Assembly (NCBI GenBank): GCA_949373235.1
Contig: CASICQ010000006.1
Coordinates: 4,358-68,357 of the forward strand
DNA: 64,000 bases
Source: Candidatus Poseidoniaceae archaeon
GTDB taxonomy: Archaea; Thermoplasmatota; Poseidoniia; Poseidoniales; Poseidoniaceae
Reading direction: 5' to 3'
The notes under the pieces were generated by a model. That model ran no database searches. It was not told the origin of the DNA and saw only the letters and a program-made list of their open reading frames with translations. Shown in pieces: positions 27,244-35,771 of this stretch; the stretch's first letter is position 1, and each line of letters begins with the position of its first letter. Both the position numbers and the translations under genes were made by a program.

Positions 27244-27735
27244 TTGACGACTCTCTATGATATTCCCGCAGAAATGTTGAACCCCGCACTTGCTGCGCGA
27301 TTGGCTGAAGAAAAGGCCGTGGAAACCCCAGAATGGGCTGAATTTGTCAAAACTGGTGTTTCACGAGAGCGCCCACCAAGCCAAGATAACTGGTGGTTCC
27401 TTCGATCCGCTGCACTCATGCGCAAGCTCGCACGTGAAGGACCAATGGGCGTAACCCACTTGTCCCAAGCCTACGGTGGACGCAAGGACAACGGCGCAGC
27501 ACCAAACACCCCAGGTGTCGCATCACGCCACATCATCCGAACCGCACTCCAACAACTCGAAGCCTCCGGACTCGTCGAAAAAGTTCCAACACGAACCGTC
27601 GAGACCGAAGAAGGCCAACAACAACTCTACGCAGGTCGCCGCATCACAGCAGCCGGCCACAAAATGATTGACGCTGTCGCTCACTCTTGCCGGGCTGACG
27701 CAGACGAACATTACCCAGGACTTGCAAAGTACTGA
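27244..27735 (+). CDS. rps19e: 30S ribosomal protein S19e
   Basis: NWWFLRSAALMRKLAREGPMGV...YGGRK...RHIIRTALQQLEASGLV matches the eS19 consensus. Confidence 0.85.
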   Translation: MTTLYDIPAEMLNPALAARLAEEKAVETPEWAEFVKTGVSRERPPSQDNWWFLRSAALMRKLAREGPMGVTHLSQAYGGRKDNGAAPNTPGVASRHIIRTALQQLEASGLVEKVPTRTVETEEGQQQLYAGRRITAAGHKMIDAVAHSCRADADEHYPGLAKY

Positions 27736-27760
27736 AGAGGAAGTGAAGAGGGTGGCCAGC

Positions 27761-28120
27761 ATGTCGACATCTCAAGATGACGAACTCAACATGATTCGCG
27801 AACAACGTCGCGCAGCCCTCCAACAACAGTTCGAAGCACAAGCCTCCCAACAGGCTGATGCAGAAGTTAAAGCTCAACAAGCACAGGTCGAAGCGGCGCA
27901 AATTGATGGTGTTATGCGAACGCTGCTTACCAACGATGCACGTGCACGCATTGCAACCGTTGCACTTGCGACCCCTGCACGGGCAGCATCGATCAAACAA
28001 TCCATCCTCCAACTCCACCAACAGGGCAAATTCACCGCCCCCATGTCCGATGAGCAACTCAAGCAGTTGCTCGCTTCCCACTCGAAGAGCCGCCGTAGTG
28101 CGTCCATCCGAAGAATCTGA
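27761..28120 (+). CDS. PDCD5/TFAR19-like dsDNA-binding protein
   Basis: Gln-rich coiled N-terminus and a C-terminal ...[22 protein letters not shown]...[10 protein letters not shown], as in archaeal PDCD5 homologs. It sits in the canonical S19e / DNA-binding protein / L39e / L31e position. ATG at 27761; the ORF track opens at 27668. Confidence 0.7.
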   Translation: MSTSQDDELNMIREQRRAALQQQFEAQASQQADAEVKAQQAQVEAAQIDGVMRTLLTNDARARIATVALATPARAASIKQSILQLHQQGKFTAPMSDEQLKQLLASHSKSRRSASIRRI

Positions 28121-28134
28121 AAGGGTGCTCGAAT

Positions 28135-28290
28135 ATGTCTAGAAATAAACCAGCCGCAAAAAAAATCCGCCTGATGAAGGTGGGCAAGCAGAATCGGCGT
28201 GTCCCAGTTTGGGTCATGCTAAAGACCGACCGAAACACTGTGTCGCACCCAAAGCGACACCACTGGCGCCGTAGTAAGCTCCAACGCTGA
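28135..28290 (+). CDS. rpl39e: 50S ribosomal protein L39e
   Basis: 51 aa and absent from the ORF track, which stops at 60 aa. Hand translation gives [51 protein letters not shown], typical eL39. Confidence 0.8.
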   Translation: MSRNKPAAKKIRLMKVGKQNRRVPVWVMLKTDRNTVSHPKRHHWRRSKLQR

Positions 28291-28301
28291 GGTGAATATG
28301 T

Positions 28302-28577
28302 ATGGTACGACCAAATGAATCAGAGCTAATTGTCCCACTCCGAAAGGCATGGGCCATCACCCGATACAAGCGCGCTCCACGTGCAATTCAAATCATCCGA
28401 GAACACGTCATCCAGCACCTCAAAGTGCGAGAAGACGAAGAAGTCTGGATTGACCCATCGGTCAACGAGCACATCTGGGCTCGTGGAATTGAAAACCCAC
28501 CTCGCAAAATCAAGCTTCACGTGACCCGTCACGATGAACCTGATATTCCAATCGAAGTCAAACTATCCACGGAGTGA
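28302..28577 (+). CDS. rpl31e: 50S ribosomal protein L31e
   Basis: RKAWAITRYKRAPRAIQIIREHVIQHL...VWIDPSVNEHIWARG fits the eL31 consensus. Confidence 0.85.
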   Translation: MVRPNESELIVPLRKAWAITRYKRAPRAIQIIREHVIQHLKVREDEEVWIDPSVNEHIWARGIENPPRKIKLHVTRHDEPDIPIEVKLSTE

Positions 28578-28583
28578 TTAATT

Positions 28584-28775
28584 ATGGGAAATATTCGACC
28601 AAGTTTTATCAAAATTCGAGCCATCCATCTTGTTGAAGATCATGGGGAGAAATTCACCGACGACTTCGACCACAACAAGAAAATGGTCCAACAACTCACA
28701 GATGTTGAGTCTAAGAAACTCCGCAACTGGATCGCTGGCTACGTGACCACATACCGACAACGCCGAGTCGACTGA
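28584..28775 (+). CDS. rps17e: 30S ribosomal protein S17e
   Basis: [55 protein letters not shown] matches eS17 (MG.IR...IKR.A..L.E.....FT.DF..NK......ES KK.RN.IAGY.T). Confidence 0.85.
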   Translation: MGNIRPSFIKIRAIHLVEDHGEKFTDDFDHNKKMVQQLTDVESKKLRNWIAGYVTTYRQRRVD

Positions 28776-28789
28776 GCAGGTGCTTTGAC

Positions 28790-29020
28790 GTGGCATTGCG
28801 GGTCAACTGGGACCGCACTCCCGTTTCGATACACCACGACCGCAAGGCTGTCCTCGAAGGACTCATCCTTCATCTTCGCAACAAGCATGGTGTCCGTCGC
28901 CGTTCAATTGTCATGGAAGACAGGGAAGAGGGACCTGGGTTCCTCTTCTTTCTCTACCAAGCATGCGATCCAAGATGGATTGCTGCCTTCGATATCGGGT
29001 CCGTCCTCGAAGAGGAGTGA
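28790..29020 (+). CDS. hypothetical small protein
   Basis: 76-aa ORF. Its stop overlaps the trmJ start region (TGAGAATGAATGG), suggesting co-transcription. No family recognised. Confidence 0.25.
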   Translation: MALRVNWDRTPVSIHHDRKAVLEGLILHLRNKHGVRRRSIVMEDREEGPGFLFFLYQACDPRWIAAFDIGSVLEEE

Positions 29021-29026
29021 GAATGA

Positions 29027-29863
29027 ATGGGTGACAGAGCAACACTCCCCTTGCCAACCTCGCCCTACAGCCTATCGATCGTGCTGATTGGCGTTTCCCA
29101 TCCGGGCAACCTCGGGGCCGTGTGCCGTTCGATGCTCAACTATGGTTTTGTCAACTTGCGCCTTGTGGCTCCAAACTGTCAGGCAGATGACATTGAAGCA
29201 AGGAATCGGGCCAAACATGCCGGTAGAGTGCTCGACCAATGCACAACTTACGCCACCCTAGGAGAGGCGACTGCAGATGCTTCGATGGTGATTGGGACCT
29301 CTGGAAAAAGAGAAATTGGAGCCAAAACTAATTTTCGTCACTTCGTTTACCCTTGGGAGTTGGCAGAGCGCGTCAATGAATTCAACGGGCATGTCTGCCT
29401 CGTTTTTGGTGAAGAAGGAAAGGGAATGTCAACTGAAGACTTGGCCAAATGCGATTATTTAGTGACCCTACCGACATGGGAAGGTTACCCGATTGCTAAC
29501 CTTTCACACGCCGTAAATGCCTGCGTATACGAACTGCATCGCTACCGTGTGATCAATGCACAAGGAAAGGAAGCGGGAATGCCAGATGTTGTTCCCCTCG
29601 AACGTGCGCTTCACCCGGAACTGAAACAGGTGTTGTTGCAAACCGTAAAGGAACTCGCAGGAGCGTTACCGGGAAACGATGAACGAAGGCAAAGTTTCCA
29701 ACAATCGCTGATGCGTTCAATCATGCGTTCAATGCCAACTCAAGGGGAGGCCACTCGAATGATTGGCGGCTTACTTGATGCCACAACTGCCATTCAATTC
29801 GTAGAAGGCAACGAAACTTGGCGGAGCCAACGCCGTCGGAAAATCAGTCCCGAAGAGGAATGA
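29027..29863 (+). CDS. trmJ: SpoU-class tRNA 2'-O-methyltransferase (TrmJ-like)
   Basis: LSIVLIGVSHPGNLGAVCRSMLNYGF, LVFGEEGKGMS and LSHAVNACVYEL are SPOUT/SpoU motifs I-III. 278 aa. Confidence 0.7.
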   Translation: MGDRATLPLPTSPYSLSIVLIGVSHPGNLGAVCRSMLNYGFVNLRLVAPNCQADDIEARNRAKHAGRVLDQCTTYATLGEATADASMVIGTSGKREIGAKTNFRHFVYPWELAERVNEFNGHVCLVFGEEGKGMSTEDLAKCDYLVTLPTWEGYPIANLSHAVNACVYELHRYRVINAQGKEAGMPDVVPLERALHPELKQVLLQTVKELAGALPGNDERRQSFQQSLMRSIMRSMPTQGEATRMIGGLLDATTAIQFVEGNETWRSQRRRKISPEEE

Positions 29864-29869
29864 GACCAC

Positions 29870-30319
29870 TCACGCATACCAGGTAGCAATGCTCTTCGGT
29901 GTTTCTCTCACGTGCATAGCGACCAATTTCAATCGGTTGCCATACGCAGAAACAATGTGAGGATGCACCTGGTCAAAAGCCCACTTGGCAAGATTCTCTG
30001 CTGTTGGTATGAACGAAACAACCAGGGTTCGGTGCCCATCTTCCATGCATGCAAGTGCTGCAAGTGCCTGCTCATCGTGTTCATAGACAACGAAAGCGTG
30101 ATCGATGACGTCGTGGACATGAACCATCAAGATTTCACTTACATCAGAGAAATCCATTACCATGCCTTCATCTGAAGCACCGCTTTCTTGAACCACGTCA
30201 CCTTCAATTTCGGCTTCAAATCTGTATCGATGGCCATGCATGTGTCGGCACTTGCTCTTGTGGTTTGGGACTCGATGGCCGGTATCAGTTTCGACGTATC
30301 TGCGGATTCTTGTTGTCAT
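29870..30319 (-). CDS. queD: 6-carboxy-5,6,7,8-tetrahydropterin synthase
   Basis: CRHMHGHRYRFEAE carries the CxxHGH zinc motif of the QueD/PTPS family. The ATG at 30319 overlaps the upstream stop as ATGA. ORF extends to 30361. Confidence 0.8.
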   Translation of the reverse strand: MTTRIRRYVETDTGHRVPNHKSKCRHMHGHRYRFEAEIEGDVVQESGASDEGMVMDFSDVSEILMVHVHDVIDHAFVVYEHDEQALAALACMEDGHRTLVVSFIPTAENLAKWAFDQVHPHIVSAYGNRLKLVAMHVRETPKSIATWYA

Positions 30320-31470
30320 TCTTCCATCTCCTCGAAGTTCAATGATGCTGAATTGATGCAATATCTGTTGCCTCCATGCTTTCGTGGCCCATCTTCAAAG
30401 ATGTGCCCGAGGTGAGCATCACATTTGGTGCAGCGGACTTCAACCCGGAGCATGCCAAAAGTACGATCCTCAATTTGAACGATACCAGCTCTTCCGTGCT
30501 CGCTGTGGAATGAGGGCCAGCCACAGCCTGAATCAAACTTCATAGCCGATGTGAAGAGAACATGGCCACAGCAGACGCATGTGTATGTGCCCTTGCGTTT
30601 CTCGTCCCAATAGATTCCCGTGAAGGCTTGCTCAGTCCCGCTGTTGCGCGTGACATGGTATTGCAACTCTGATAATTTTTCCTTGTAGTAAGCATCTTTG
30701 TGCTTCCGCTCAGTTTCTAGGGCTGCTTTCAGAACGACCCCCCAAGGTTCAACATATTCGATAGGATCAACTAAATCCAGCGCATTGAAGGCTAATATGC
30801 GTTCAACATCTGAGCCGCTTCGCCCCGAACTCCGGCCGTTTTCATCTGGATTGTAGGAGGTGATTGTGTTCTCAAACACCTTGTCAAAATTCAGTTCAAG
30901 CAGATCGCAAGCCCTTAGTGCATCTTTCAAGATGGTCACCTTATTTCCGTTCAAATAAGGAAGTTCAAACCTCACCCGTTCGCTGTCCCAGTTACCAATT
31001 GCAAAGGCGTGTTCCAATGCAGTGTAAAATTCCGGACGACAATCGGGGTATATTTCATGGTCACCCGAATGAACACCCAGTGCAATCGAAACGTCAGTGG
31101 ATTCCCTTGAGGAAATCGAAAGGGCGTGACCATAGAGAATTGATGCAAAAATAGCGTTTCGATTTGGTACAACCGTGGCCTTCATTTGCTCTTCTTCATA
31201 GTGGCCTTCAGGGATTTCCGCTCCTCCATCAAGCAAAGCGGAATCAAACAGGCTCATTGCACCGGTTAAATCCACTACAGTATGATCTACGCTGGCTCCT
31301 TTAGAACGTAGATATTCGATGTTTTGTTGAGCCCTTTGGAGCTCGACGCTGTGCTTTTGACCGTATCTGTATGAGATACAACTGACCTTTGAGCCATCAG
31401 CCAAAAGGCGAACCAGCAACGCCGTAGAATCCATGCCTCCAGAAAGGGCCATGACAGAGCGCTTTGACAT
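30316..31470 (-). CDS. queC: 7-cyano-7-deazaguanine synthase QueC fused to C-terminal peptide-methionine (R)-S-oxide reductase MsrB domain
   Basis: N-terminal half: ALSGGMDSTALL (PP-loop), VVPNRNAIF and YPDCRPEF are QueC motifs. The QueC zinc-ribbon cysteines (TxSCY..CGxCxxC) are replaced: TITSYNPDENGRSSGRSGS. C-terminal approximately 130 aa: CVCCGHVLF...GCGWPSF...RVEVRCTKCDAHLGHIFEDGP...RYCINSASL is a complete MsrB/SelR domain. The ATG at 31470 overlaps the queE stop as TAATG. Confidence 0.75.
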   Translation of the reverse strand: MSKRSVMALSGGMDSTALLVRLLADGSKVSCISYRYGQKHSVELQRAQQNIEYLRSKGASVDHTVVDLTGAMSLFDSALLDGGAEIPEGHYEEEQMKATVVPNRNAIFASILYGHALSISSRESTDVSIALGVHSGDHEIYPDCRPEFYTALEHAFAIGNWDSERVRFELPYLNGNKVTILKDALRACDLLELNFDKVFENTITSYNPDENGRSSGRSGSDVERILAFNALDLVDPIEYVEPWGVVLKAALETERKHKDAYYKEKLSELQYHVTRNSGTEQAFTGIYWDEKRKGTYTCVCCGHVLFTSAMKFDSGCGWPSFHSEHGRAGIVQIEDRTFGMLRVEVRCTKCDAHLGHIFEDGPRKHGGNRYCINSASLNFEEMEE

Positions 31471-32132
31471 TAATCCACACCCATCCATTTGTGTGTTTGT
31501 AGACTTAAACGCCACGGAGCGTTCGTTTTGACGACCGCTTCGGTTTCGGCGAAGTTCTTACCGTTCCATTCCACACTCTCGGTGTCCATGTAGCACGGTT
31601 GAAGGAAATGATGTTTGAACCCTTGTTGCAGACCGCTGTATATTTCTAGGTCTTGGCCGACATAGACGCATTTGAGTTCGTCCCCCGTTCGCTGGCGTAT
31701 TTTGACATCTGGGTACATCTGGTCTTTTGGGGAAACGCAAATCCAATCAATCAATCCCTCAGGGATTTCAATGGTTCCGTTCGTTTCCACTGATAAAACG
31801 TAACCGCGTGCTTTCAACAGCCGGTGAAGGGGCCACAGATCGTGAAGCATCGGCTCCCCTCCGGTGAAGATGATTCGCTTGCAATCAAACGCCATAATTT
31901 CGGCAAGAATGTCAATTGCATTCATGTTTTTGAAGGTCATAAAGTCCGTATCGCACCACTCGCAACGCAAATTGCATGTTCCCAATCGAACGAATACGTG
32001 CGGTATACCGGCGTGAAACCCTTCTCCTTGTACCGAATGAAAAATCTCGACAATCGGATAGACCATTGCCAGGTCTGTTGGATTGTCCACTGGCGCATCC
32101 CCAGCGATGTGGCAGGACTCTTCATCGCTCAT
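31470..32132 (-). CDS. queE: 7-carboxy-7-deazaguanine synthase (radical SAM)
   Basis: IFHSVQGEGFHAGIPHVFVRLGTCNLRCEWCDT matches QueE, including the CxxxCxxC cluster motif. Confidence 0.85.
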   Translation of the reverse strand: MSDEESCHIAGDAPVDNPTDLAMVYPIVEIFHSVQGEGFHAGIPHVFVRLGTCNLRCEWCDTDFMTFKNMNAIDILAEIMAFDCKRIIFTGGEPMLHDLWPLHRLLKARGYVLSVETNGTIEIPEGLIDWICVSPKDQMYPDVKIRQRTGDELKCVYVGQDLEIYSGLQQGFKHHFLQPCYMDTESVEWNGKNFAETEAVVKTNAPWRLSLQTHKWMGVD

Positions 32133-32141
32133 TGACTCACT

Positions 32142-32711
32142 TCACAAGGGGCGGGCTTGAATCAATTGCATGAGCTCTTGACGTGCTTCTGGTCGTTCGA
32201 AGAACACGCCTCGCATGGCGGAGGTTGTCATCACTGAATTTTGCTTTTTCACACCGCGGCAGCGCATGCAGCCATGAGATGCTTCGATGATGACGGCGGC
32301 ACCAAGCGGGGCCAAATGCTTCTCCAGATCATCAGCAATGCCTTTTGTGATTCGTTCCTGGTTTTGAAGGCGGCGAGCGTGCAAATCAATGATGCGGGCT
32401 AATTTGCTGATGCCAACAATCCGTTCGACCGGAATGTATGCAATATGGGCGCGCCCATTAAACGGTTGAAGATGATGCTCGCAGGTTGAATGGAATTCTA
32501 TGTCGCGCAACAGCACAATTCCGTCATAACCCTCGCCGTTAAATGTTGAATCAAGAAGATCAGCAGCCTTTAGATTGTATCCTGCAAACAATTCGTCCCA
32601 TGAATCGATTACACGCTGGGGGGTCTTAGCCAACCCTTCGCGTTGTGGATCGTCTTCCAAGTAACCCAAGAGGGTCAATACGGCTTGTTCTGCTTCTGTT
32701 CGTGTTACCAT
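32142..32711 (-). CDS. folE: GTP cyclohydrolase I
   Basis: FHSTCEHHLQPF is the FolE active-site motif. 189 aa. Confidence 0.85.
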   Translation of the reverse strand: MVTRTEAEQAVLTLLGYLEDDPQREGLAKTPQRVIDSWDELFAGYNLKAADLLDSTFNGEGYDGIVLLRDIEFHSTCEHHLQPFNGRAHIAYIPVERIVGISKLARIIDLHARRLQNQERITKGIADDLEKHLAPLGAAVIIEASHGCMRCRGVKKQNSVMTTSAMRGVFFERPEARQELMQLIQARPL

Positions 32712-32714
32712 GTT

Positions 32715-32885
32715 TCATTCCACCTGACGCCCGTGTCGTGCATCAATCTCATCCAACTGGTCGAGGAGTTTCCGGCAAGCTGTGCGAACGGCATCAGCTA
32801 GGCTCACGAACTTGTGATCATCGCCAACATGCTTTCGCAAATCTTCAACCAACTCGGCTGGCATGTCCAGAGATATTTTGGGCAT
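32715..32885 (-). CDS. ribbon-helix-helix (CopG/Arc/MetJ-like) DNA-binding protein, 56 aa
   Basis: Not in the ORF track because it is below 60 aa. Hand translation of the minus strand gives MPKISLDMPAELVEDLRKHVGDDHKFVSLADAVRTACRKLLDQLDEIDARHGRQVE. The N-terminal beta-strand KISLDMP plus two helices is the classic RHH pattern. Its stop at 32715 is 4 nt upstream of the folE ATG, so it is the first gene of the folE-queE-queC-queD operon. Confidence 0.55.
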   Translation of the reverse strand: MPKISLDMPAELVEDLRKHVGDDHKFVSLADAVRTACRKLLDQLDEIDARHGRQVE

Positions 32886-32913
32886 GCTCTAGGGTTGAAT
32901 GACCACTGTTTAA

Positions 32914-32943
32914 GTATTACCCTAGTATTACCTGAGTATTATT
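32914..32943. promoter_or_regulatory. three direct repeats GTATTAC(C)/GTATTAT with 11-bp periodicity (putative operator overlapping TATA-like elements)
   Basis: aaGTATTACCctaGTATTACCtgaGTATTATTcc at 32914, 32925 and 32936. Located 30-60 nt upstream of the RHH gene start (32885, minus strand), in the divergent region shared with the aminotransferase gene. Confidence 0.4.
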
Positions 32944-33041
32944 CCTGCTTGAATGGAAGAGTCATTCTTGATTTGAAGATAGCCCCTTCCCATCTCCGGA
33001 CAAGCGAATGTTCAAGGCATCCCGTATGGGACACCACCTTG

Positions 33042-34544
33042 ATGACAGCAAAGTTGCAACCTCATGAAGCACTTGAGCACCTGCAAAACCTCCGTTTGAA
33101 TACGGGGGAAATGGACACAAAAGGGCTGTCTGATGAGGTCATTGCACGCTTTTGTGAACTTGATCCAAAGCTCACTCAAGCCATCGCCGAAGCGACAACA
33201 CGGTTTGACGAGGTCGTATCTGAGTTTGGCCTCGAAACCCTTCAACACACAGAGGCAGAACTTGTCAAGGTTCTCCAACATGATTACGTAAATTTCTACG
33301 CGCCTGCTACTGTGAATCCATACATTGCCCTTGCAGGACGAGGACCGTGGATTGTCACCGCTTACGGTGCTGTACTGCACGACAACGGCGGCTACGGCAT
33401 GCTTGGCGCAGGGCATGGCCCTGAAGCCGTCATCGAAGCCATGTCTGGAAATTGGGTCATGGCCAATGTTATGACGCCTTCCTTCAGTCAAAAGCGCCTT
33501 GCTGAACGTCTCGAGCGAGAACTTGGCCACACGCGTGGTTTTTGCCCCTTTACCAAATTTATTTGCATGAACAGCGGTTCAGAATCCGTAACGGTCAGCC
33601 TTCGAATTGCAGATGTCAATGCACGCACCCACACAGGGCCTGGTGGGAAGCACGAAGGAAAAGAAATCAAACTTCTTGCCATCGAAAAAGCCTTCCACGG
33701 TCGCACAGACCGACCTGCCCAAATCTCCCATTCGTGTAAGGGTTCATACGACAAAAACCTAGCAACTTTCAGGGACCGCGATAATTTGCTTCTTGTTCCC
33801 GCAAATGATATTGCATCTCTCGAGGCAATGTTTCAGCGCGCAGATGATGAAAATTGGTTCATTGAATTGATGGCCATTGAGCCGGTTCAGGGCGAAGGCA
33901 ATCCCGGAGCATGCGTTGACCGTGAATTTTACGATGCTGCTCGTCGTCTCACCCTTGAACACGGTTCAATGCTGTTGGTCGATTCCATCCAAGCAGGGAT
34001 CCGTGGCCAAGGATGCTTGTCCATTATTGATTATGACGGGTTCCAAGATGCAGAGGTCCCTGACCTCGAAACATGGTCCAAGGCACTGAACGCAGGACAG
34101 TATCCACTCTCCGTTCTTGGAATGAATGAACGGGCTGCTGACAACTACGTGGTCGGAATCTATGGCAACACGATGACAACAAATCCAAGAGCGCTCGAAA
34201 CGGCTTGCGCTGTGCTTGATAGCATGACTCCCGAACTGCGAGCCAACATCAAAGATCGTGGTGACGAATTTGTCGAGAAACTCATTGCACTGGGCGAAGA
34301 AATGCCAGGCATCATTACGAAAGTGCAAGGAACAGGGCTTCTCCTCAGTGCTGAACTCGTGCCGGAACAATTTCCAGTCGTTGGATTTGACGCCGTTGAA
34401 CCATGGTGCCGTCGTCACGGATTAGGCGTCATTCATGGTGGAAGCAATGCGCTAAGGTTCACCCCGCACTTTTCCATCACTTCAGAAGAAATCGACCTCA
34501 TCATCGATGTGGTAAGGGATTCCTTTGTAGCGTTCTCTGCTTGA
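33042..34544 (+). CDS. class III (omega) PLP-dependent aminotransferase
   Basis: LLAIEKAFHGRTDRP, LLVDSIQAGIRGQG (variant of DEVQTGxGRTG) and SKALNAGQYPLSV (PLP-Lys region). The ORF track starts at 32814; the ATG at 33042 is preferred. Substrate unknown; it resembles the acetylornithine/DABA/ornithine aminotransferase group. Confidence 0.7.
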   Translation: MTAKLQPHEALEHLQNLRLNTGEMDTKGLSDEVIARFCELDPKLTQAIAEATTRFDEVVSEFGLETLQHTEAELVKVLQHDYVNFYAPATVNPYIALAGRGPWIVTAYGAVLHDNGGYGMLGAGHGPEAVIEAMSGNWVMANVMTPSFSQKRLAERLERELGHTRGFCPFTKFICMNSGSESVTVSLRIADVNARTHTGPGGKHEGKEIKLLAIEKAFHGRTDRPAQISHSCKGSYDKNLATFRDRDNLLLVPANDIASLEAMFQRADDENWFIELMAIEPVQGEGNPGACVDREFYDAARRLTLEHGSMLLVDSIQAGIRGQGCLSIIDYDGFQDAEVPDLETWSKALNAGQYPLSVLGMNERAADNYVVGIYGNTMTTNPRALETACAVLDSMTPELRANIKDRGDEFVEKLIALGEEMPGIITKVQGTGLLLSAELVPEQFPVVGFDAVEPWCRRHGLGVIHGGSNALRFTPHFSITSEEIDLIIDVVRDSFVAFSA

Positions 34545-35771
34545 TTAAGAAAGACTTGTCACAATGTCTTCTCGGTTGAACTGCCTGCTTGCATAGTAGG
34601 CTGCTAATGCTGCATAGACGATGCTTGTGCCTGCCCAAATGAGGATGTGTTCTGCGATGACTCTGTTCATCAGCAGTTCGCGAAGTGCCAACAGGATGTT
34701 AACGACTGGTATAGCGAACCAAAACGATTCAATGCCGTCGAGGTTAATGACCTGTGTGAACAACGCTGGGAAGACAATCAGCAACAGCATTGGTGCCAAT
34801 ATTGATCCTGCCTCTTTGACGCTGTGAGAGCGCATGGCTAAGGCCAGTTCTATGGCTACCACCATGATTGCAAACAACAAAATCGCTGCCACAATTAATG
34901 CAACGGTCAAAACAGAGAGTTCGGGCAAGCCAATCACGCTGGACGACGCAAGATAGCCAATGGCAAACAAGAGCCCACAGATTTGCAAGACCACGCCTAC
35001 ACCGGTAATTGTGGCGACCGCGACCCATTTCCCGAGCAGCAATTCCATCCTTGTGCAAGGCAGGCACAGGAGGGCTTCCAGCGTACCTCTCTCCCGCTCA
35101 CCAGCGGTCATGTCAATGGATGGTTGCAGTGCACTGGAATAGGTCCAAATGGCAAGAACCAACGGAATGAACAGGGACAAAAGCATGCCTGCTTGTTCTC
35201 CACTGGTTGCCACATCGCTTTGGCTTACGTCACCATCCCAACGCAATGGATCAAGGGTTGTGTTGACATCAAGGCCTGAATCGACAATCCTTCGTTCGAC
35301 TTCTTCGGATTCCCAAGTGCTTAGGGCATCGAGCAACCTGTTCCAAGCTTCGTTGGAACGCTCTGACGTCGAAAGATGCAAAATGGCATAGTTCCATGTT
35401 GAATTATCTTGTTCAAACCTTAGCACTGCGTCAACAGACAAGTTTCGAACGCGGTCTAAATCTTCACCTGGTTCTGAGAGCACGGTCAGGTTTGGTAATT
35501 CTTCGTAGACAATCTGTATGCTTACATTGTGGATCGCTTGTTCAAGGCTTGGTTCCATCAAATCGGTTTGGACAATGACCGTTAACTCAAGAGCGTCTAA
35601 TTCCGCAGCTTCAGATTCCAAAAGCACAGGAAAGAGAATGAACAGCAATGGGAACATCAGCAAAGGAATGACGATGATGGCCATGATGGTCCGCCAATCG
35701 CGAACAAATTCCACCAGCTCCTTCTTCGCAATTGCCTTGATGCGATAGGTTGTCAATTCACTCATCTTCAT
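34545..35771 (-). CDS. ABC-2 type transporter permease
   Basis: 408 aa. One N-terminal TM, a large extracytoplasmic loop and five C-terminal TM helices, as in ABC-2 exporters. Overlaps the ATPase gene. Confidence 0.6.
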   Translation of the reverse strand: MKMSELTTYRIKAIAKKELVEFVRDWRTIMAIIVIPLLMFPLLFILFPVLLESEAAELDALELTVIVQTDLMEPSLEQAIHNVSIQIVYEELPNLTVLSEPGEDLDRVRNLSVDAVLRFEQDNSTWNYAILHLSTSERSNEAWNRLLDALSTWESEEVERRIVDSGLDVNTTLDPLRWDGDVSQSDVATSGEQAGMLLSLFIPLVLAIWTYSSALQPSIDMTAGERERGTLEALLCLPCTRMELLLGKWVAVATITGVGVVLQICGLLFAIGYLASSSVIGLPELSVLTVALIVAAILLFAIMVVAIELALAMRSHSVKEAGSILAPMLLLIVFPALFTQVINLDGIESFWFAIPVVNILLALRELLMNRVIAEHILIWAGTSIVYAALAAYYASRQFNREDIVTSLS

